Assembly (NCBI GenBank): GCA_951406725.2
Contig: OX597822.1
Coordinates: 107,570,001-107,634,000 of the forward strand
DNA length: 64,000 nt
Source of the DNA: Octopus vulgaris
Lineage: Eukaryota
Reading direction: 5' to 3'
Shown here: positions 54,499 through 64,000 of the stretch, in pieces
How positions within the stretch are numbered: the first letter of the stretch is position 1
Layout: every line of letters starts with the position of its first letter
Position numbers and translations under genes: made by a program
The notes under the pieces: model-generated
The model's input: only the letters and a program-made list of their open reading frames with translations
Told to the model about the DNA's origin: nothing
Database searches by the model: none

Positions 54499-56080
54499 CA
54501 CATTTATGAGAAAAAAAGGGAAAATACATTTTTGTGTGGTTTAAAATCCAATTTACTTGTCGTTTATTTCATGTTCTATATATGAATGGAAAGCAAATTC
54601 CATTTTTGGCAAGAATTGTACACAAGATTAAAATGAGGTAAGACTGGTAAAAAAGACAGCTTCACATAATAATTCTTATTTACAGTGTGTTATTCACGAC
54701 CATTTGTTAATAAGGGAAATGGTATGAACTGCAACGCCTACAAACTCATACCTGCTTACATATATGTCTCTTTGATAACGTCTTCAATAGCGATACCAGT
54801 TCTATGTAAGATGTCCATTGATGATAATTGCTAGTAGGAGAGGACTAATGCTATTGTTGCTGTTGTTGTTGTTGTTGTTCCTACAGATACTGCTGCTGAT
54901 AATAATGATGAAAAGAGTGATTTGTTACTATTATCATTACATTCACCAGATTCAGAGTTAAGATTTGCATACAAGAACGGTTGAATTTACTATAACCACG
55001 AGTACCTAGCTATATCAATGCTAACTACAATAACAATAGCAATGATATTGGTTGTTGTCATAGTAACAACAACGACGACAACAACAACAACAACAACATC
55101 GACAACAATACCCTTGATACAAAGTTGTCTCTGAACTTGTAGTGGATCGGCAGAAGGGAGAAGAACTATGAAACGAATACGATGATGTCCATTCACTAGC
55201 AATAAGTACTCTTTGATAAATGCGTATGTAATGAATTCTCAAGTAAGGCCAAGATAATTGCATTGGAACTACTGATTACATCATACAGCTAATTCCCATT
55301 ACGAATTATTAAAGTTTCTATTATCCTATGCATTATTTAACGTAATTGTTCAGCTGCTGTTTCCAGGAAGTCTGTTTCAAATGGAAGTTTTGTCAGGATG
55401 GCGTATTTAAGCCTTTATCATTTCCTGTCCTCGTATTTCCTTTAGGTCCATTCCAGCTTGTGTCGGAGTTCACAATAGCTTCTTCACTAAATGCGATATT
55501 AATTTCATTCCTATTGTCACTGAAATGTAATGCACCACAGTTTATAAGAAACGTATTACTGTACGATGTTCAATATACCTTGGATGTATCGTCTCGACCT
55601 TTCTTTAGAAAATTCTAGTGAATTACAGAATTACATGCACTGCAGAGACAGGGTAGGAGAGAAGTGAAGAGAGCGGGAGAAAGAGAATCCGATGGAAAAC
55701 ATTAGATCATTGAGACGTACAACACAGAAGTTATGTAACTGCATCAGACCTAAACAGCTGGTGTGAGATTAAATTAAGTTTATTTGTCTCCTGAGTTCAA
55801 ATCCGGTGAGGGCGATTTCATGTCAAACTGACTAGATAATTTTTTTTATAATTTTTTCTACTGTAGAGATATTTGACTTATTTATAGTAACAAATGTAAA
55901 GGGAATCTGATTTCCCGATATCCATACATCTGTTATCAATGCTATAATGAACTTATATATTAGACAAAAATCATAGATTTAGGAATAAGATACATTAGCA
56001 TTGACTGGGATTCAAAGAGCTACCACGTTCTCACATAACCAAGATGCATTTTACGTGTCGTTGTGCGTAGCAGCTTGATA

Positions 56081-56473
56081 TCTTTATATATAAAAGAGAG
56101 GTTGTGTGCTGTCTGTCTCCTACGATTTAGATTCCTAACTGCTCCCACATTTTGCGGTGCAGTTTAACCAAAACCGGGTATCTTATAGTCGTGATTCATA
56201 TCGAGCCCTTCTGGGTATTAGCGCGCATCTACGATGAGTCTACGATTTAAAAAAATAATTACCATCAATTTTTCCCATTTTAATGCATTTTGGCATATAT
56301 AAGGGAAGTAACTCTCTAAAAATTTATTATTAAATCTCAGAACGTAAAAAGCTACAGTAACCCCCCCCTTTATGGTTAGCCATATTGAGATGGCTATTAT
56401 ACTTTACATCTCTAAAAATGCTTTTATAGTTATTTCCCTTACAAACCCGAGCAACGCCGGGCGATACTGCTAG
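56081..56473 (+). mobile_element. Non-autonomous Helitron
   Basis: A|TC start; hairpin cccgagcaacgccggg; CTAG|T end. Homologous to 28578-28979. Confidence 0.92.
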
Positions 56474-56773
56474 TCAAATATGCAAACTGTGTATTAATAA
56501 TTCAAATTATCTTAAAATAATATAGATTAGTTTTCTCTTTTAGAATAATAACACCTGCATGTGTTTAAGCAATACGTAAAGTCAGTGTTTAGTATATTAT
56601 TGTGTTTGGAAACAGAGTAAACATTTCTAATATGTTTTGGGAATCATTTAGTATTAAATAGTATTATACTGAAAATTACCGGTGCACAAATAATACTGTA
56701 TAACAAAATTTTACTTTTTTGGCCTTTAGTCAGTGTTAATTCCTCAGAAGTCAAAGGGAATGACTATTGTCCC

Positions 56774-57149
56774 AAAAATCCATCCCCTCCTCACCGTAGT
56801 GGGGACGCTGGCAACGGGTAGTGTCAGAGCTATGCCGTCGGGAACTTCGGTTTCCTGGTAGGGCCACCCAAGGCGCGGATTGGTCTTCACACCGAGTGGT
56901 ATTAGGGCCACCACTGGCACACGGGGCTCTGGTGAAAATCCTCGAAGTGTCTGTTTCGGCAACCGGCGTCTCCTCGGTCGTTCTGCCCCTGCGTCTGCAG
57001 ACAATCTGCGGCAAACAGGATGTCTCTACATGCGGGATTGTTGGGGACCGCTTGTGAAATCCATATATTCCCACGAAACTTCTTCCAAGTAGAAGAAGCC
57101 GACTCAATCCGCCCAGGGTGAATGTCGCCACAAGTACAAGTAAGTAAGT
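56774..57149 (+). mobile_element. Short internally deleted RTE element (5'UTR + 3' tail)
   Basis: GAGCTATGCCGT..CCTGGTAGGGCCACCCAAG resembles BovB/Expander 5'UTRs. Ends in (AAGT)n. TSD actattgt(t)ccc at 56763 and 57150. Confidence 0.75.
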
Positions 57150-57284
57150 ACTATTGTTCCCGTCAAACATTGATTTTGTGACCTGGGCATCAATGTTTTC
57201 GAACCACCCATTTTCCATTACATTTCAGATAGAATCATCGCTAAGTTGCTGTAGTAGAAATATCGTTTTAACAAATATTATGCC

Positions 57285-57440
57285 CAACACCACAGATCTT
57301 CTTGTCAGTGGCTTCACCTTAAACGCTTGAGCATCTCTTAGTGACTGACAATATGTGCATTTTTGTTCATGAGCAGGAGTACTGGGAAAGCATCATAGCC
57401 ATGTTTTCAGAAGAATTTTCGGAGCTTAAATAAATTTAAC
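57285..57440. mobile_element. Inverted fragment of the 53680-54236 repeat
   Basis: accacagat..cttgtcagt..ttgagcat..gctgac/gactgac..atatgtgcat..catcatagccatg. Confidence 0.65.
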
Positions 57441-57646
57441 AAGATCAATATTTGAAGGAAATATTAGGCATTCTTGAAATAGTTTCTGTGGGTAAACTAA
57501 TAGGTAACAGCAATAGTTACCCAAGGAAAATAATCGTACAACACACTGTTATGTTGTCTCAGCCAATGTCGTTTTAAGGTAGTGGTATACCGAGCCTAAT
57601 TCTGATCTAGATATTCTTCCCTTGTCAATAAACGTTACTGGGAGTG

Positions 57647-57736
57647 AGTATGTTGGTGTAATGGTTAGCACACTTCATCCGAAAATATGAGGCGTAGGTT
57701 CGAGTCCCTTGTGTGCGGAAAACCCGCTTTTTTTTT
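57647..57736 (+). pseudogene. tRNA-like pseudogene / solitary SINE head with T9 run
   Basis: A-box TGGTGTAATGG, D stem GTGT/GCAC, stem CTTCA/TGAGG with oversized loop, B-box GGTTCGAGTCC; defective T stem. Confidence 0.55.
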
Positions 57737-59088
57737 CCACCGGGGGCTTATATGCCTCAGTATTTTCTTTAATCAAAACGGTTGTACCACAGAATGGCTG
57801 CAGCTCTGAGCTGAAACTAGAGGGAAAAAAATAACGAAGCAGGTCACAGCCCTAAAAAGCCGCAAAAATAATATCATATTCGGTGATAAATGTTTTCAGA
57901 AAACGGTAGCGATTCCTGCATTAGAAAGATTGGGGTGAAAGAATTAGTAGGTAAGCACCTTGAAACCATACAATGTTTCTTTTATTTTCTATTAAAATTA
58001 TTCAATCTTTTTAGAAACTAGAGATTTTGAAGAAACGCGGTTCGTCCACTCTACAATAGATGAAAGTTGTAGATACAAAATAATGTTTTTCCAGCTGTTG
58101 GTTTCTAACTGTTGTCATGCTATTTTACCCGCCAGTATAGTTCGTATACAGTCAAGTTGGTTCCATGCAAGTATTTTCACATATATTTACAACATATCGA
58201 TTTTCGGGCATCGATTCCTTAATTAAGACATTGATAAATAAATATTAATAAGGGAATAATTAATGAATGATATTAACGAATTCTAATACAGCTTGCGGTA
58301 TTAACTACCATTAAGCTGAAGAGATGAAGGAAGCATAATCCGGAAACATTTAGCTAAACTGCAAATACAAAATACAAAATTTTCGCACGAGAATATTTTC
58401 ACAGGAAGTTCTTTCTGAAATGACGCTAAAATGTGATTTTCCGTATATTAGAGAGCCTCATAATATTTTGTGCCTTCTACCAATAACATTATTTGATTTT
58501 CGGATTTATGCATGTTAGGATTTCAGCTTAGTGCCGGATATCTGTTTACGAACAAATTTAATAATGTAAAACTAGAAACACATTCTTTAAAAATGACTCG
58601 AGTAATAATCATTGGTGAGCCTTAAATGCAATGTCTGCCCTATTATGTCTGTTCTGGGCTTGAGCAGAAGCAACAATGGAGTTTTAATTCAGAATTACAG
58701 AGGGGTTACATAAATCTACACTGTTAGTGTACTCTCTATATAAGAAACGAAAATAGAGACGGACGTAGCAGAATGGAAAATGAAGTTTAACGTTAAAATT
58801 TATATTAAGTCTAGTATATTTTAATAAAATTGTTGTTTTACGTTAAATTCTTCATTTGAAAAAAACCGGCTTTGGTCAAATACACCGCTCAATCTCTAAA
58901 ACGTTTCTTCACTGGGATCGCCTCCATTCTTACTTCTATTCTCTATTCTAGATTCTCTGTTTAATCCATCGCTTTAATAAAATTACCTGTCATGAGTATT
59001 ATCATTGCAATTACAGCTCGAAAAAAGGGAATATTGAAGGAAATAAGCATCTATCTATCTATCTATCTGTCGGTCTGTCTATCACCTG

Positions 59089-59119
<31 letters not shown>

Positions 59120-59369
59120 ATCTAGCTAGCTAGCTACGTATATATGTACTCACATGCACTCACACACAGAAGCGCGTGCACACACACATATCATAAAAAG
59201 AAATCTTTATTCATTTAATGATAGAAGATTACGTCATGCATTATATCATGTATATTTCTAGGCTCACCAGACAAATATAAACAGGGCCAACCAAGTCTAG
59301 TGGAGTTTCAAAGTTAAATTATCAACATTATTTACAATTGACGGATATTTGTCCTCATCTTGTTTGTTG

Positions 59370-59634
59370 TTAACACAAACTTCGGCTGATATACCTATTT
59401 CTTTACTACCCACAAGGGGCTAAACACAGAGGGGACAAACAAGGATACACAACCGGATTAAGTCGATTACATCGACCCTTGTGCGTAACTGGTACTTAAT
59501 TTATCAACACCGAAAGGATGAAACGCAAAGTCGACCTAGGCGGAATTTGAACTCAGAACGTCCGGCGTGTTAACGTTTCTGCCAGCTCGCCGCCTTACTT
59601 CGGCTGATATACCTTCCAGCTTTCATCAGGTGTC
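59370..59634 (-). ncRNA. Hammerhead remnant interrupted by a SINE
   Basis: Removing the SINE and one TSD gives GACAC-CTGATGA-A-aGCTG..CAGCc-GAAgttt-GTGTT. Confidence 0.55.
59397..59596 (-). mobile_element. SINE family A monomer (internal deletion)
   Basis: 18-bp TSD acttcggctgatatacct at 59379 and 59597. Confidence 0.93.
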
Positions 59635-60119
59635 TTGAAGAAATATCGAACCTGGGTTCTCATTCCTAAGGTACTTTTCGATTCCAAAGTTATTTTTCAT
59701 ATTAAATTGGTAGCTTACTGTTGTAAGATTTATAGTCCATACACAACTAAACTCAACAGTACATAAGCAATGTTTTTATCCTTCATCTTTCTTAATCATA
59801 TTAGGAATATCCGAACATGTTATATGACTCTCACTCCATTTTGTCTTCCGTAACAATATATTATATTTCTGATGTATTCTTTTTTATGTATTCTTCTTTC
59901 GCATTGAGGAGAACGGTAATACATAATTAATCTAATTATAATTAAATTAACGTTTTTATTTTTTCCATGATACTAACAAGTTAATATTACCGTTCTGAAC
60001 GCTCGTATGCACGGATTAAAATTTCATAAAACTTTTAGAACCCTCTCTTCTCCATCTTTAATTGTTTGTTGAGTTTTTATAGTATACGCGTTCTATAAAT
60101 GCTCATAACACACCTAATA

Positions 60120-60167
60120 CATATAAATACATATATATATATATATGTATATACACAAATGTATGTA

Positions 60168-60243
<76 letters not shown>

Positions 60244-60279
60244 TACATACATAATATATATATACATATATAATTATGT

Positions 60280-60327
<48 letters not shown>

Positions 60328-60331
60328 GTGT
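60120..60331. repeat. (TA)n/(TG)n microsatellite
   Basis: Direct reading. Confidence 0.95.
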
Positions 60332-60767
60332 GGTATGTCTATATGTATTTGTGTGTGTATTTATATTCGCTTATGTTTTTACTATATATTCAGATTCTTC
60401 CTCTGAGGAAGGATTTGGCTTCTAACAAAGATACAAGCCTGCATCTTTGGAATGTAGATAAAAACAAGAATTTTTCATCTTAAATTTGAGAAAAAAATTT
60501 GCATATTTTTAGGTTTCATCTTACAGATTGTGTTTGTAATGTACGAGTTTGTTGGTTGATTTCTTTTTCGGAAAACCCTAGCATATCCAAACTGTCGCTT
60601 AAGCATTTACTCCTAAACCATGTGCACCAATTATTGTAGGTCTAAATGTAAATTTGTAATTTTTGTATAAAAGCTGGAGGTTTCGAAGCACTTGTTTGTA
60701 TTTATCTCCTCTTTAATTTTCAAAGTTAGATTCACATCGGTAAGAATGGTGACTTTTGTGACAATAC

Positions 60768-60798
<31 letters not shown>

Positions 60799-61431
60799 TG
60801 TATGTATGTTGATAAAAGATTAAATAACATATAAATTAGATACAATAAGGTCAAAGCAACCAGACGATTTTTCTTAAAGAATCAGTCATTTGCAGTTTGC
60901 TTTTTATTGTAATATATATGACTGACTTAACTTCGCATAGCAGGTATAATTATATTCAACAATTCCCTACGCATGCAAATGCTTTCAGATGTTTGTAGCT
61001 TTTGAACGGGATTCTGTGATCTTCATGCATTCAAAAATTATACGCAATAAAATTGAAATAGATGCTAATTCTTTAAATCACAAATCTGAAGCGGGTGTGG
61101 GACGGGATTCAACAAATCTTATCTTAATTTTACTGCATTCCACCACACTTTATATCGCATTCAGATCCTTCATTTTGTTCAAACGAACAGCTACATGAAA
61201 CCATCTCAGGTAGACATAAAAATGCACCTACTCTTGTTAATATCATTATAATGATAATTAGAATATTCATGCTTGAAGGTGGCCTATTAACTATTAAGGA
61301 ATAAAAACGACGTGAGCAAAACATGCTATACGTATAATTAGCAGGGCAAACGCGTTAAAACATAACGAGCAAAGAAACACTTCACATTATAAATGCAAAA
61401 CGAATAACGCAAGGGAGAGATAGGTAGATAG

Positions 61432-61491
<60 letters not shown>

Positions 61492-62727
61492 TGTGTGGGA
61501 GGAAGAATGTGTAAGAGGCAGAAAGAGATGAGGACAGAAAAGATATTGGTTTCGATAATTCGATGAAGAATATTAAAATTTATTAAATTAACACTTTAGG
61601 AGTATTGATTAGTAGAAATTTTGACCTTGTGAATCGAGTTAAGCAAAAATAATTGCACTTGACAGTAGAGCCATTTGAATAAATCAAGTGATAGATAATT
61701 AAGAATAAAAGTAAAATAAATTCACTAGCACATCAACTGTGATAGATCTTGAGCATAATTCCAACAAATTTTACACATTCCAATAACCCACATCACGTAT
61801 AAGCAATCTACTAATATATTTTACGAACAATTTAACATTTTTGTAGTTTTTATTTATATATTGACGCAATTAAAGGCTTTAGAAAAAAAATAATATGTTA
61901 ATTTTTAATGCTGTTTAAATTTCAGTCGATTTTCCGCTCTCAAGACCTTATAGGTTACAGAGAGATCATGTTTTAACGATATTTAATAGCAGTCATTTTA
62001 CTGGTAATGGGATATAGAGGTTTCATTAATAAGAGCTATTTATCATAAAACTGCATGTTGTTCCCAAAGATATAAACTGCTTATTATATTAGATTAAACG
62101 GCCTAAAGACATAATTGCTTGATTAAAAAAGCCTTTCCCAATAATAATTTTATGCAGAGATAGTAATCATATCAAAAATCCTGATTTCGTACCAAGCTGA
62201 TGGCGCTTTCTCCGCCGTTGGCCACCAACTAAACTTTATTTCTGTTACTTATTATGGAAGAATAAATCTGAGATTTGATACTTTTTAATATATTGCCAGG
62301 ATGATAATTCCATCATGTTATAGTGAAAACTATGTGTGCAGTTTCCCTCTTAACGTCATGAGTAATATGCGCAAAAACAAACAAAAGGGAACGCGGTGTA
62401 AATAACGGACAAAGTCAAAACTATTGAAGAGGTTCCAAGACGCAACAAAAATTTTAGAAAAATAAAAATAAGAAAAAGTGGAAATTTTACCGGTGAGTGT
62501 GTTACATTATAAGGCACAAAAAGAAAATGACTCTCCCCAGACATAACATAATATGCAATACTTTAACTTGCTCATATTTCCAACTGTTAACAGATTTTCT
62601 GTCTGTGTGGCTCTCTTAAGATATCTGTAGCATTCAGAACAGCAATAATCTTTTCTACTATATGTACATGAACTAATATTTTGGAAGAGGACGCAAGTCG
62701 ATTATATCAACCCTAGTAGTACCTATT

Positions 62728-62949
62728 TCTTTATTACCCACAGGGGGCTAAACATAGAGGGGACAAACAAGGACAAACATAAGTATTAAGTCGATTACAT
62801 CGACAGCAGTGCGTAACTGGTACATCATTTATCGACCCAGAAGGGATGAAAGGCACAGTCGACCTCGGCGGAATTTGAACTCATACCGTAAAGACAGACG
62901 AAATACCGCTAAGCATTTCACCCGGCGTGCTAACGTTTCTGCCAGCTCG
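62728..62949 (-). mobile_element. SINE family A nested in an older A-related SINE (~62650-63095)
   Basis: TSD cctagtagtacctatt at 62712 and 62950; the host SINE continues on both sides. Confidence 0.9.
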
Positions 62950-63185
62950 CCTAGTAGTACCTATTACATCGAACCCCAAAGTTTGAAAGGCAAAGTGAAC
63001 GTCGGTTGACTTTTCCAGTCTGAACGCAAAGACGGGCGAAATGACGCGGTAGACTTTGCGCGGCGTGCTAACGATTCCGCCAGGTTGCTGCTTTAAAGTA
63101 CCACTAATAATGGTTACAAATTTTAGAAGTGGACCTCCAGTTCTAGAGGGGAGGGAAGTCGATTACTTCGACTCCAGTACTTGAT

Positions 63186-63436
63186 AGTAGAAGCGCGTGG
63201 CTTAGTGGCCAGGGTGTTGGACTCATGATCATAAGATTGTGGTTTCGATTCCTGGACCGGGCGACACGTTGTGTTCCTGAGCAAAACACTTCATTTTCCG
63301 ATGCTCGAGTCCACTCATCTGGCAAACATGAGTAATCCTGTGACGGACAGAATCGTATCTGTGGGGATTATATACACCATGAAACTGAGAAACCGGTCCT
63401 TATGAGTCAGTATGACTCCAGAAGGTAATTATACTT
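63186..63436 (+). mobile_element. SINE family E (CORE-like body, tail-2-like) nested in an older A-related remnant (~63115-63540, -)
   Basis: A-box TGGCTTAGTGG, B-box GTTTCGATTCC, body gttcctgagcaaaacacttcatttt; possible TSD gtactt.at. Confidence 0.75.
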
Positions 63437-63833
63437 GTACTTCATTGTCAATATTCTTATCGACACCGGGAAATTGTAAGGTAAAGTCAAATTCGATGGA
63501 ATTTGAACTTAGAATTTGAAGACTGACGAAATGCCAGCTTGTCGACTTAAATTAACAAAAGTAATTAAACAAGAAGAAACGTATCAATGGCAAAACATGT
63601 ACAAAGCAAACAATCAATTTTTTTAAAAATGTAAAATGCAAGCAATAAATTATCACAAGTGTGAATTTACTCTTGTCTAGTGAGAAAACAGACCCTGTTT
63701 GCCATTACTTTTCCGCCTAGAAAAAAAAACAAAAAAACAACTAAATCTTCATTAGCTCTACAGTGGAGAGAAAAATGACAGATATGGTTCATAGCGGGAA
63801 CTCTTCTTTATCAGAACGGATCTCGGTCAAAGT

Positions 63834-64000
63834 CAAGAAGAAGAAGGAGGTGGAGGAGAAGAAGAAGAAGAAGAAGAAGGAGGAGGAGGAGGAGGAGGAG
63901 AAGGAGGAGGGGAAGAAGACGAAGAAGTGGAAGAAAAAGAAGGAGAAGAAGGAAAAGGAGAAGGAGAAGGAAAAGGAGAAGGAGAAGGAGAAGAAGAAGA
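63834..64000. repeat. (GAA/GGA)n purine tract
   Basis: Direct reading. Confidence 0.93.

Noticed and set aside
56744-57218. 155-aa and overlapping ORFs
   Set aside because: Explained by the GC-rich RTE-derived insertion bounded by a TSD
58315-58355. CTGAAGA...GAAAC spacing
   Set aside because: Stems I and II do not pair convincingly; likely chance

Overview
AT-rich, repeat-dense animal genomic DNA, most likely octopus/cephalopod (inferred from the SINE families and microsatellite load). I find no convincing host protein-coding gene; nearly all long ORFs are microsatellite artefacts. The window holds two decayed full-length mariner transposons, mariner- and pogo-type MITEs, three non-autonomous Helitrons, RTE and R4/Dong-type LINE fragments, an internally deleted RTE element and more than 30 tRNA-derived SINE copies. 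The SINE family letters A-E used here are my own labels. The most notable hidden signal is a set of short, mutually dissimilar cassettes, often beside (TA)n tracts, that carry minimal type-I hammerhead ribozymes. Three are near-canonical (1463-1570 -, 2651-2702 +, 34468-34518 -) and several are decayed. Two near-perfect 60-70 bp fold-back hairpins occur in the same context, resembling Penelope-like pLTRs or retrozymes. Also notable are a SINE that recurs as head + tandem ~184-bp body with tail/target microhomology, body/tail shuffling among SINEs, and locally templated inverted insertions. Everything was read by eye; no searches or folding programs were run.
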